Source: Tubulanus polymorphus (lineage: Eukaryota; Animalia; Nemertea). Taken from it: a stretch of DNA of 64,000 nt. A program made the translations under genes and the position numbers. The stretch spans positions 1,860,001 through 1,924,000 of the forward strand of contig NC_134035.1 in assembly GCF_964204645.1 (NCBI RefSeq). Direction: 5' to 3'. Below the pieces are notes generated by a model. The model did no database searches and was not told where the DNA came from. It saw only the letters and a program-made list of their open reading frames with translations. This document shows, piece after piece, positions 1 to 11,800 of this stretch; positions within the stretch are counted from its first letter, which is position 1, and the number at the start of each line of letters is the position of its first letter.

Positions 1-177
1 AACTATAAGTTTTGATAAACAGAAAACTGAAACAAACTAGATTAACCTAAGTTAACCTATAAATTACTATCTGTATTGTTTTACTTATTTCCAATGTTTT
101 GCCTGTAGACCAAAAGGTTAACCGGTGAATACGTCAGAATCTCTGGCGATATCTAAATATGATTAATTTTCTTTTAG

Positions 178-3100
178 TTGTATAAACGTATCCAACAACA
201 AGCAGGATTTATCGAGTTTTGCGAGAGACATTTCGACGAAGCGACCGAACTATTCATCAGCGGTAAAATAGACGTTCGCGAGGTGAGTTCTATTTCTATT
301 GTTTGGACATGTTTCCGAGGGAGAGGCATTCGTTATGATTCAGCCAAGTTTTTGAGTGAAACTAAGAGCTTTTGAAAGTCGCCTCCTGCGCACGGTTTGT
401 ATCGATATGAATATTCTTCGGACCGAGTTCATCCTGGATGGTTGAAATCAGATGTGTTCAAAGAAAGTTACGTCGTATCTTTGGTTTAATTGTCTTCAAA
501 ATCATGTGATCTTAGCTTGAAGCCACATTTTAAGCGAAACTAAGAGCGTTTGAAAGTCGTCATTCAGAACACAGTTTATATCAATGTGAATATTCTTTAG
601 ACGGTTATGAACGATTGTAAGAAAGATGTGGAAAATGAAATTGGGAGACCCAAACAAACCCTTTGGGTGGCTCCAAGTGGACTTATCAGTTATAATGGAA
701 ATACAGTTGGTTGAATTTGTGTATTATTTCTCTCTTTTCAGATTATCACTCTGTATCCGGGCTTACTGCCGTTGAGTTCGAATTTCACGCGCGTCGTGCC
801 CGCGCTTCACGACATCGCCGACATCAATCAGTATTGCCGCGGCGACCAATCGATGATCAAAGAGTACAAACGATACGCGATGAATTTCCTCGAGAAAATC
901 CGCGCGCGCGACCTCGCCAAACACTGCCAGAAAGAGGTTGACTCGGCGCTGTTGAAGCTGTACGCCGAGATGGAGTCGCCCGAGTTGATCGCGTTGATCG
1001 CGACGGAGCACGCCTGCGATATGAAGGACTCGGAACAGTATCTGATCAGTTTCGGTCGGTTCAACGCGCTCGGGTTGATGTACCGGTTTCAAGGCAATTA
1101 CGACCGCGCGATGCAAGTTTGGGCGAAGTAAGTGCTGCGTTTATTGGGAAGTAAATATGAACTGAAAACGAAACGAAATGTAAGAAACGAGATGTAAGAA
1201 AAAAAATAACAGTTGTTTGTATTGATATTGCGGTTTCATCTCATCGATACTCAACTGGGTTCGGGGGCTAACTAAATTCATTATCAATTGAGTTAGCTAA
1301 ATTCATTATCAATTGAGTTAGCTAAATTCATTATCAATTGAGTTAGCCCACGGGTTTAAGGTAATACTGGTCTATAAAACCGGGCCCTGTTGTATAAATT
1401 GATATCGTGGGTTTCTCTCAATGATATTCGTCAAGACTGGAAATAGTCTCGACTATTTACAACAGTAAAACTAATTAAAACTGTAAACATTGCCTAATTT
1501 GGACATGGCCAACTTGGACTTTTGAATAATTTAGAGAAAAAAAATTTAGATTTAGATTTCTGATCTTATTTGTCTGAGGTTTACTGTTGTATTCCAAAAG
1601 TGTTTGTTTCCTATATAATAATGATATATATTGTTGTTGATCTGTTTTAGAATCGTGGATGGTGAATATTCTGACGAATCGTTCTTAGGTTTGGATTTTA
1701 TCATCGAATTCCTCGCAAAGTAAGCACTGCCAGGGGTCAGTAGTTGCTCAACAGTTAGTTAAAGATTACCGACGGATAATAACTGTAACCAGGAGTTACT
1801 ATATATATTGTATATTCTATTCCAGTGTTGTGTTTTGTATTTTGTTGTCGGTATTGGGAATTTAGATTTGGAGGACCCTACCACACGGTGGCCAATAACA
1901 TCTGGCAAGTGTGGGTTACATAACCATAGTACCAATGAAGTTTTAATTGTTATTATGTCAACTATCCACTGGTTAATTCTAACCAACTATCGAGCAACTG
2001 GCCCCAGTAGAATAACCTTACACCGGTATCAAAGCTTCTAACTACGTTTTTTTTTGCGGTGATTAGAATGTCCTGATATTAACTCGCTCGGTTACACGGT
2101 GATTGTCCGTTCTAATTTCAGTTTGGAAGATCATGAAGTTGTGTGGAAATACGCCGATTGGGTGCTGGATAAAGATGAGAACAAAGGCGTTAAAGTAAGC
2201 TTTATCCAATAAATCAAAGTTAGATCCTATGTGAGATTTGTGTTTATTATTTTTTTTTTTTTCTATTTTCAGATATTCACCGAGCGACCGGCCTCGGAAA
2301 CCGGCGGCGATAAATTACAACCAGACGCCGTCATTGATTATCTGCATCGTTTCCCGTCTGCCGTCATCGAGTATCTGGAATATCTAGTGTTCACTCAAAA
2401 ACTAGAGGTAAACTCTCGCCAGACCATTAAACTTTTTAGTGCGGCGTATAAATCGGTGGTGGACTTAGCTTGTACACAGTAGACTTTGCTAACGCAGTTG
2501 AATATTAGTAACTAATGATACATTGTACCGCGGTGTAGACACAACGCCTGTTGCTTATACACTGCGATGGAATTTGAAAAAAGATTTCAAATCATCTCAG
2601 CGCTTATAAGGGTATTAATTAGACAGCACTGAAAGGTTAAGAGCGTTTGAAAGTTGTCATTCAGTCCCAGTTGGTATCAGTGGGCATATCCATCAGGCCA
2701 AATTTGTTGATGATTAAAATCACTTGTGTTCGAAGAAAGTTATACTGTATCATTGGTTGAAATTGTCTTCGAAATCAATCATAGCGTATAAAAAGCCATG
2801 TTTGAATGTTTGATAATCATCATTTCATTGGTCGAATCGTTCCACTTTCTAATGAAAATCATACAACGATGTTTTTGTTTTTATATTCGCAGAAAGAGAA
2901 ATACCACACTCATTTAGCCGTGCTATATCTAGAACAGGTGCTCGAAATAATGAAAAATCCAAACCACAATAAACAGGACTTAGATTTTGCCAGGTATGAT
3001 GATTAATATCACTTAGTCGACAAGGTTTATATTGTTTTCTGTTTTTAACCGAAATGGCGTCAGATATGATTTTGAAGATGTTAACTCAATGACTGCGTTA

Positions 3101-6100
3101 AGCCGCTGTCAGCAGCTCGCCGGTATTTACTGTTGAATACGCAAAGCCGCTGAGAGCTTTCATGGCGTTACAAATGTAAACACTGCCCTACGTTTGAACT
3201 ACATGTGATTTTAACCAATCAGAATGCAAGTAAACAATATTATCATAAATTATGTGAGGGAATTCCATGGAATCCCGTCTGCAACGCGTCATAGACACTA
3301 TTGATCATGGGAAGTACCAGAGGGGGAATCGCTTGTTAACCAAAATGGCGGAAATTCCGTATGCTGTGCGCGATTTGAAATATGGTTATTCCGGAGTGAA
3401 TGAGTTAAAATCGCTTAGATGATTTGGAATTCAGGAAAAATGCTAAAAAAACATTGAATACACGTGTCTCGGGAAGCAAACGCATTCTTTAACGTACTGG
3501 TTGCTTTGATTTTGAGTATTTTTTTCTTGTTCCAGGTCCAAGTTACAACAAATGCTACAACGATCAAATCTATACCGCATTCAGCTACTGCTTGGTAAAG
3601 TGAAAGAGACCGAGATGTACGCGGAAATGGCTATTTTATACGGAAAAGTAAGTAGACCTCATCGCGCAGACGCCCAGCTGCGGATCCGGGGATGTCTTAT
3701 CAGATACTTACGCAAGATGCTCGAAAGTGGCCCTTTTAAAATAAAGGCAAATTTAGTTGTAAAGAAATCTAAAATTCCACAATAGTTCAGCCAAAGATGT
3801 AAAGCTCTTGAGAAGAAGTTTTTATATATTTGAGCAACGTTTAAAATATATGAAAAACATAATAGTAACTAAATCTGAGGCAATTAGAAATCTTCTCTTA
3901 GGCTATGACTAAATCCGTACTTTCCCGACCAAGATATTTTAGGTAGTGTCTAGGATAAAAATTGGGTAAGAAAACCAAAGAATAACCAAGATAAAATGTA
4001 CTGATTTATGAGGAGTCTACGGTAATTGGGATAAATTCAGAAGCTCAAAATCTGGAATTATCTCCTTTAAAATTGCTTATATCCAGGAGTAACAGATCTG
4101 TACCTGAGACCTTATTCGTATTTGATCTCTATTTCTCGCAGCTAGAAGAACACGATAAAGCCATACGTATTCTCGTGCATAAACTGAAAGATTACGCACG
4201 AGCCGAACGTTACTGCATCGTCAATTCCGACGGCAAAGATCATTCCTATCGGCGACGTTTATTCCAGATTCTACTCGGCGTCTACCTCGACCCTTCGTAC
4301 GAGTAAGTGATAGTTTTATACGTTCCTTGAAATACACGATCGGATCTATTGAACTGTGAGACTACAAGGAAACATTTCATAATAAGTACTTACACTTTCA
4401 TACCCTAGTGCTGGAGATAATTCCAACTCGGTGCGGTGTATAATCAGCATAACGATATAGTGTATCTACCTTAAAGTGCGGTGTATTGTCATGTCACTAA
4501 TATATGTAACTGGTGCTGTCATTTTTCATGAGATTTCAACTAACTGATAACTACATCGATACTGTACATCGCACCACCGGGTGAAAGCGATATAGAGTAG
4601 ATTATACATCGCATATCAGGGTGCGATCTAAGCACTTGTCCGATTGCCCGGGACAAGTATATTCTCATCAGGGCAAGTAGGTAATCATTATCACTCGTCC
4701 CCCGGGCTAGTGCAATTCTATGTCACAAAGCTTTTTTCCCACTCGATACAACGGATGATAGTGCCACCAATCGGCGGACTGCCTGTAAAGGGCAAGTATT
4801 TTTTGCAGGGGGCAAGCGAAATTTCAGCCCCCCCCCCAGGCAAGTGGCTTTCATTCCTTAGATCGGACCCTGGAAATACAGTTCCAAATGAAAACCGACT
4901 CGAAAAATCTCATGCACCATTTCTAACAGGGTGACTACATTTCTGGAAAACAGGACAAATGCAGGGAACTTATTTCTCTCTCTCTGGGGGATGCAGGGAA
5001 TTTGATAAATCTGTTTATTTTTTGCGAGCACGTTTTTTCGTGATTTATTTTTCGTTCCTGAATTATGTTCTACATCTCTATCATCAGAACATTACAACTT
5101 CGAAATCTTCATTTCATGTTGTTAAGGTTATATTCCTATAACAAATATATCGGAGCCAAAAGTCGAAATATTTACATAGTGTACATTGACTCACACAGAT
5201 CCACTTACATAAGGTGTACTAGGTATAAATGTATATGAAGATTATAAAAACAGTTTTTACCGCATGATAAAAAGATCAATCTGTGATAATAGGTTGTTGA
5301 TAGGTTCTCTAATCCCGGTGGTCGGTTATTTGTTTCAGACGTAGTGATCTACTCATATCTCCTGCCATTTCGCTGCTTAATAATTGCGAATCAGAATTCG
5401 ATTCTATTAAGGTAGTTATAACTTCTATTAAACTGAGCAAAAAACTGGTTCAGAACAGTTTATCCTATTCACCTTGGACCCAATTCCACAGTTCTGAAGA
5501 ACGGAGAACGGCTTTTCATTTTAGTATAATTATGAATCCTAATTCAAACTGATTATCATGTTTACTATAGTGAGCTGATATTAATCTCACTGTAGATAGA
5601 GTTAACAAATAAAAACCCACAGTGGGTATATAGAAAAGTTTTATTTTCTTACAGTTTCGGGTTACTTATTTAATTATCTTATTATTATTATTAATATTAA
5701 TTATTAGTTATTTATTATGTCGTTATGTTTCGTAGATTTTACAACTCTTGCCGGACGACTGGTCGGTCGGTTTGCTGTCGCAGTTTTTAACGCAGTCCGT
5801 GCGATTGAGTTTGAATCGATGTCGTACGACGCGCGTCGAACGAATGTTGGCGCGCGGTGAAAATCTACAAGTCAAACAGCAGACGTTAGAAATGTGCAAA
5901 GGACCAATCGTTCTCAAGGATGATCGGTACGTATAACAGCACAAATTTATCTATACTTATTACAGTGCGGAATAGGGTGACCACGATTCCCTAGGTACGA
6001 CATATCCAAAAAAATGCAATGTTAACTAATAATTTCAGAGTTCGAGCCTGAGCCATAGAACCGTTGTCGTCCATCGCTTGTTTAAACCTTTCAGTGCGTC

Positions 6101-6572
6101 TACACCGCAGTGCGGTGTATAAATCGGTGATGAATTTTGCTAGTACACCGCGCTGCAGTGTATTGATTTAATTAGTAATCAGTAATTATCTCTCTTGAAA
6201 GATGGTAGCACCTGTCAAACATAGTGAAATACTAGTAACTAAGGATACACGCACTATAGTGGCATTTCCGTTATTCAACGCACTAGGAAGGAATTTTCCA
6301 AAATTTTCACATTTTCTCAAGCACTATAGGGTATTAATTGGTCAGCACGCAAAGGGTTAATTAGTTGTTTTTGGTATTATTTCAGACGATGCGCTGTGTG
6401 CGGTCACGCGTTCAACGACTCTACGTTCGTACGTTATCCGAACGGAGTCATCGCTCATATTCACTGCGCTAAAAATCGATACGTCTGCCCGGTGACCGGG
6501 AGATTATTCAGCTCGCATCGACGAGATTCGTCCTCGTCGTCGTCATCTACGAGTAGTGACCACAAGACTTGA
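178..6572 (+). CDS. TGFBRAP1: TGF-beta receptor-associated protein 1 / Vps3-like CORVET subunit, 5'-truncated by the window edge
   Basis: Exons joined in frame at GT-AG sites: 178-282, 742-1127, 1651-1719, 2122-2194, 2273-2407, 2893-2993, 3536-3647, 4142-4302, 5339-5411, 5736-5926, 6386-6572 (TGA). Peptides DVREIITLYPGLLP, VDSALLKLYAE, VWKYADWVL, KEKYHTHLAVLYLE, LPDDWSVGLLSQFL and the C-terminal Zn finger CAVC...FVRYPNGVIAHIHC match the TGFBRAP1/Vps39 family. Confidence 0.93.
1258..1388. mobile_element. Palindromic MITE fragment with a 3x 25-bp internal tandem repeat
   Basis: Unit ctaaattcattatcaattgagttag occurs 3 times (1272-1346). A related palindromic copy with a single central unit is at about 26959-27069. 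Confidence 0.6.
1734..2004. mobile_element. PIF/Harbinger-like MITE (family A), interrupted by a solo-LTR-like insert
   Basis: Colinear with the intact copy at 7250-7376 and flanked by CAG on both sides (CWG TSD). A 137-bp insert lies at 1784-1920. Confidence 0.75.
1784..1920. mobile_element. Short solo LTR (Gypsy/TRIM-like)
   Basis: Termini TGTAACC...GGTTACA (TG..CA, 7-bp inverted) flanked by a 4-bp direct repeat TAAC. It splits a MITE. Confidence 0.65.
3081..3408. mobile_element. TTAA-flanked non-autonomous DNA transposon (piggyBac-like)
   Basis: Ends TTAActca...tgagTTAA, but only short terminal inverted repeats are visible. Confidence 0.4.
4618..4872. mobile_element. MITE family B (CAGGG termini, hAT-like), about 255 bp
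   Basis: TIR cagggtgcgatctaag...cttagatcggaccctg. A near-identical copy in the opposite orientation is at 19697-19951. Confidence 0.8.
6082..6360. mobile_element. piggyBac-like MITE family C (TTAA TSD)
   Basis: Consensus ends TTAA-ccctttcagtgc...gcactgaaaggg-TTAA. Related copies or fragments at about 2425-2640, 4400-4560, 10725-10988, 26265-26407 and 34303-34447. Confidence 0.75.
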
Positions 6573-7249
6573 TCTTACGCTCAGACAATAACTGACGATT
6601 ATAGATAGAAATGTGATTTTAATCGATAAAACCGCGTTGGCTTCGATGTCTTTCATTATATCGGTGAATTCAGGGGCGGATTTACGGGATGTGGTCTCGG
6701 CGGTCCACGGGCTGAAGTTGCTCAAAAGTTGGTTTAAGAGGGTGAATACCATAGTAACAATGAACTTTTAATTGTCACTATGTCAACTATCCACTGGTTA
6801 ACTCGAACCAGCTTTTGAGCAACTGGTCTCAGACCCGTTGCCCTTTTCGTTAAGACAGATTCTAAAACCCTGCAAACTTGGACACTCATTCTCTCGCAAA
6901 TTGCAGACCCGAGATGGAGGGAATCGGATCGTGGCCTATGACATGGATGCTTTTCCGAGAAATGCCTTTTGCTTTTATTCTAGACTTTTCCTGGTCTGTG
7001 CCTGGAATCCGGTGTTTTTATTGCGCTTTATTAACAGTCTGATAAACGACTAGTCTCAGTTTCACAGAGCCTGTCGTTCGAGATTGAATTAAAACACTGG
7101 AAATGAACGTATTCTAACTCTATATATGGTCGGAGTCAGATTAAACTGACACCTGTGAATCCAGATCCCGCATCAATGGTCTGTAGCAAGTCTACTAAGC
7201 GTTAAGATAAAATCCCACTATTTACAGATTAAAAGAATTTAAAAACCAG

Positions 7250-7376
7250 GGGCCAGTTGCTCAAAAGTTGGTTAAAGATAACCGGCCATTAAATACCATA
7301 GTAACAATGAAATTTTAATTGTCGCCATATCAACTATCCACTGGTTAACTCTAACCAACTTTTGAGCAACCGGCCC
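7250..7376. mobile_element. PIF/Harbinger-like palindromic MITE family A (~127 bp)
   Basis: TIR gggccagttgctcaaaagttggtta...taaccaacttttgagcaaccggccc with CAG TSD. Other copies at about 6712-6830, 12864-12990, 16841-16969, 29767-29880, 29892-30015 and 47745-47860. Confidence 0.85.
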
Positions 7377-7412
7377 CAGAATTTATTTATTAAATCTAAA
7401 ATATATAAAAGA

Positions 7413-7452
7413 CACGACGTTTCGATCTCACCCTAGAGATCATCGTCAGGTG
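7413..7452 (-). ncRNA. Minimal type I hammerhead ribozyme motif
   Basis: Minus strand reads CAC-CUGACGA-U-GAUCUC(UAGGGU)GAGAUC-GAAA-CG-UC-GUG. This gives an intact core, a 6-bp stem II, a 3-bp stem I and a palindromic ACGU in place of stem III. Confidence 0.7.
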
Positions 7453-7719
7453 ATTATATTATTTTTTTAAATTCTTTTAATCTGTAAATAGTGGGATTTT
7501 ATCTTATTATCCGTTCACCACGTTTGAGTGTGGTCATCGTTCTACTAAGCGTTAATTTTTGGGGAAACTTGTTTAGGCCCCGGTTTATGCTTAATTTTCA
7601 TAAATATGTCGATAATTGCTAAAAAGTGCTATTTATTGACTTATAAGTTATTTGAAATATTTTTGTTACAGCATTGATGATGGTGATACTAATCCTCAAA
7701 AACCAAGCCTACATCCAGT

Positions 7720-7800
7720 TCATTCAAGTACTAGGTAGGACATGTAAATTGTCCAGTGATTCACTGGACAATTTACATGTCCTACCTAGTACTTGAATGA
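7720..7800. repeat. Perfect palindrome with 40-bp arms and a 1-nt spacer
   Basis: 7720-7759 is the exact reverse complement of 7761-7800. Confidence 0.95.
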
Positions 7801-8873
7801 CCTATATGATTTGTCCATATGTTATTGTAATGGTTTGACAAAACATAAAGAGCAATGACAATGTCTATTATGGGAGCATTTCAATAAAGAGTACTATCTA
7901 TCCTGAACCATAAGTGCTGAAATGTCACATCTATTCATGAGCTGTGAACTAACTGTTAGGATATAATTGTATTAATTGTCAAACCCAGGGGTGAACATCC
8001 GATTTCTCAGTTAGTCAACTAGTGGTAGGAGCTAATGACATAACGCACTATAGTTCGGTCTTGTGTTATTATTAGAGGAGTACCTCATGAACTGTGTGTT
8101 ATCATGATTCAATTTTGGGAGTAATCAAGTACAGTTTTCACTTTAAGGGGGTTAAAAGTTGGAGCTATTAACTCGTTTATTGGTCAATAAATATCTGAAT
8201 GATGAAAAAGTTGTTATATGTTTTGCATTAAGCGAAATAACGTTTTGTTTTAGACGATTGAATAATGTATTATCCAGATATGTAATATATGATATCATAA
8301 TAAATAAATAAATAATGGATATTTTGATATATTGAAATTTTACTTTTACGTAGTATTTAATTTTTGCTTTGGATGGATACCTAAATCAAACAGGAGTAAA
8401 GAATCGGAATTTGCAATCCGGGCGCAGCGGTCTTGGAACATCATAGTCAGTAACCTGTCTGTGGTTTAGTTTCACGATCGCATATTTTCACAAACCACGT
8501 TGGTATAAGCCCATCCGATTATAAAAAGCTTACCACCAACGATTAGGTAACTAACTAGGAACATCAGAGAGGAGCCATGCCTAGAGTTTAACTTTGTGCC
8601 TAGACCATCCTTAGGGGATGGAAGTCAAGATTTTGTTACAATGGTTTTACAATCATAGGGAAACTGTTTATTTGATTATACAATTACCGGCCGTAGAATG
8701 AGGCCGGAAACGTGTTTTAGAACTTCACCGCAACCGAGTTTTAGAGGTAACCAGTAGACCAGCCGGCGCTACAGTCGAATGCGGAAGTACGTTCTAAATA
8801 TCAATAACAAAACTGCAAACTCCTCGCTCTAAATTATCGATGCGGCGGTGACGCTGAAAGCAGTTCAAACATC

Positions 8874-11800
8874 ATGACATTCTCGATAACTAATTTAGTT
8901 TTTATTCTGTTGATAATTATCGAGGTTCAGGGGACCACGCATTGGATAGTAACTGAAGATGGCAGATTACAAGCTCAGGTAGGTTAACCCTCTCCTCCAA
9001 CACACTCACTGACTGACAGTGACTACTTTCGATTACGTTTACGGCTCAATGTTCCAACAAAATTTTTGCCGATTTAATCTCATTCTTAACGTGTTCTATT
9101 GGGAATTTTTAAAGTTTGATTTTCAGAAAGTTCAGTGTGGGGATTGTGCAGCATTTTTGTGGCCACCAAAAGTTGCTAAAAAAGCTTGGTTGGTTGGTCA
9201 GCTAGTGAGTGGTGGTTTGGGATGAAAGAATATTCTAAACTTAGTGCAATCTATGGTTGAACCTCGTCAACATTAAAGCATTTCTTTTCCTAAATTAGAG
9301 GACCTAGGTCTAGAGTTAGGCTAGTTGCATGTAAAAGTTGACAATTGTTGGTTTGATTGCTATCGCACCTATTGGTAGTTCTTCATGATTTCATTGAGGA
9401 AGTAATTGAAATTTAAACTTTCGTAGGATCAGCTTCAACGCATCCATGAAATTTTACCCGGGGGGGCTGGCCAGTTTCACACAGCAAGATTATGATAAAT
9501 AACTTTGGCAACCTTCTCATTTTCATGACTTCAACAAAGTCATATAATTTTAATCGACTTTTTCTGTGTTGGTAACAATAATTTTTGTAGTTGTTGAATT
9601 TTGTACGAATAAAATCATTTGTTATTTTGATAATTGTTTTAAAGGTGCTGACTAGTAAAAAATGGTCGAATTGAGTGAATTCGATTTTGTGCAAATGAAC
9701 TTAGGGCCTATCTATTATAGATAGATTTTCTATGATAAAGTGTGGACAAAGATTAAATGGAAAAACTGTTTCAAGTCTTGTCTCGTTATAAGAGTCCTGT
9801 ATTATTTTCATGACACTTAAACTGCAAACTTTGTATTTTGGACAATTTATGGTGTGATAATTGATTCACTGGTTACTTCCTGGTTACTTCCTGGTTTCAG
9901 TTTAATAGATTGTAAACCAGGAAGTTATATTCATGGCCTATTCGATGAGAATGTTGGTACCGGTATTCACGGTTTATTGAATAGATTTATCCTGGACTCA
10001 TCTCTATTTGGCCTATAGGCCTACATGATGGCCTGCCTGATCTGAAAAGTCAAAAGATCCGACTTGAGCGGAGTCTACTGTACCATCCAACTCAGATATC
10101 ACTCTTGAGTCAAAAGATCAGACTTGAGTGGAGTCTACTGTACCATCCAACTCAGATATCACTCTCAAGTCAAAACATCAGACTTGAGCGGAGTCTACTG
10201 TACCATCCAACTCAGATATCACTATCAAGTCAAAACATCAGACTTGAGCCGAGTCTACTGTACCATCCAACTCAGATATCACTCTCAAGTCAAAACATCA
10301 GACTTGAGCCAAGTCTACTGTACCATCCAACACAGATATCACTCTCAAGTCAAAAGATCAGACTTAAGATCGTTTAGTGATAGGCCTAACAGTTTGATAA
10401 CACGTCATACACATGACTTGCACTGAATGGGCTCAGACGAGAATGTTCGCCGATATTTCATTGTTAGTTCTGAAAACATGTGTTTATATCAGACTATTAA
10501 TTTCTATTCTGTCTGCAAATCTTCCGGGGTCGTTGGTCTTTCTATTCGGCCCCAGTCACGTACCGTAAACGGAACGGTATTGAATTTGGTATATTTCGGT
10601 CTATCACGGTTTGCAAAGCCATAGAAAAACTAAACAACAGAAAATTCATGGACAGCGAAAAAATGAGTTAGCCTAAAAAAGCTAGTCATGGGTGCATTTT
10701 CATGTAAACATTTAAACTTATATCGGTGTATAAATCAGTGATGGATTTTGCTAGTACATCGCACTGTGGTGTATTTATATAATTAGTAATTAGTAATTAT
10801 CTCTCTTGAAAGATGGCAGTTCATGTCAAACATCATTAGTATCAGTAACTAATGATACACCGCACTGTAGTGTAGACGCACTATAGTGGTATTCCCGTTA
10901 TTCAACACACTAGGGTGGTATTATTCAAAATTTTCAAGTTATCTCCAGCACTTTAGGGGTATAAATAAATCAGCACTGAAAGGGTTAAGTTTGTATTATT
11001 TTCCTCATTGAAAACATGAAGTAACCAACATCAAGTCTGAACAACCAAACTAGAAAAACCTAAGAAAGATAAACGACGAAATTTAGAAAGTCTATTTCTT
11101 TTCCCCTATTTTTCACCGGTGTCAACGGTCGCGTTATAAAAGACCTTTACGTTTGTATCGGTTTGTTGAACTATGTATGGCTCCCGTGTATTGACGACTC
11201 TGTGGGGCACACATGTTCGAAATCTGGCACCACATGATCGCATGGTTTCTACTGCGGCTTCGAACTCTTTTCAGAAATGATCTCTCTGAATTGTTGTTAC
11301 TATATCTGGCAACGATTCAAATCCACGTGTCACTTAAGTGCAGTCATATGTGGCATTGTTTTATTGTGTTCAGACTTCTTGTGGACATGAACTGACTCAG
11401 ACGGCGTGTGGAAAATATAATTTGACGTGTGTAAAATGAGGTCGCGTTAATAAATTTTTCTTTCATGTCGTAATTTCATTATAGTTAAACTGTATGACAT
11501 GCCATTTTCTGAGACATTCTGTTTAATATAGAAACAATTCTAGCTGGTTCCCTATGACTCCTTGATTGACTCCTTCTAAATGGAAAAAAGCTTTTAATAA
11601 TTCTTGAAACTCCTTTAAATTGAGAAGAATGTCAGAAACTCCTTCAATTTTGAGAAGTAGGCAATTAGATGTCCTACTTAAGTAGTTGTACATAGGCTTC
11701 ATCTAAATTGGTACAGTTGATAGCGGGATCTTTACTTTACCCAATTAGGTGGTTACCTAATTAGGAACGGAGTTTAGCGGATGTTAGGGATAAAAATTTG

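Larger units (their letters stand above)
7206..7540 (-). mobile_element. Penelope-like retroelement remnant with 15-bp TSD, internal inverted repeat and nested MITE
   Basis: TCTACTAAGCGTTAA is duplicated at 7191-7205 and 7541-7555. A ~43-bp inverted repeat pairs 7203-7245 with 7464-7506. It contains a hammerhead core. Confidence 0.65.

Noticed and set aside
4644-4934. ORF similar to the ORF at 19726-19989
   Set aside because: Both are translations of MITE family B copies, with no transposase motifs.
10105-10426. Repetitive ORFs and a CRISPR-like look of the 60-bp arrays
   Set aside because: These are intronic head-to-tail repeats with no unique spacers and no cas genes, in a eukaryotic context.
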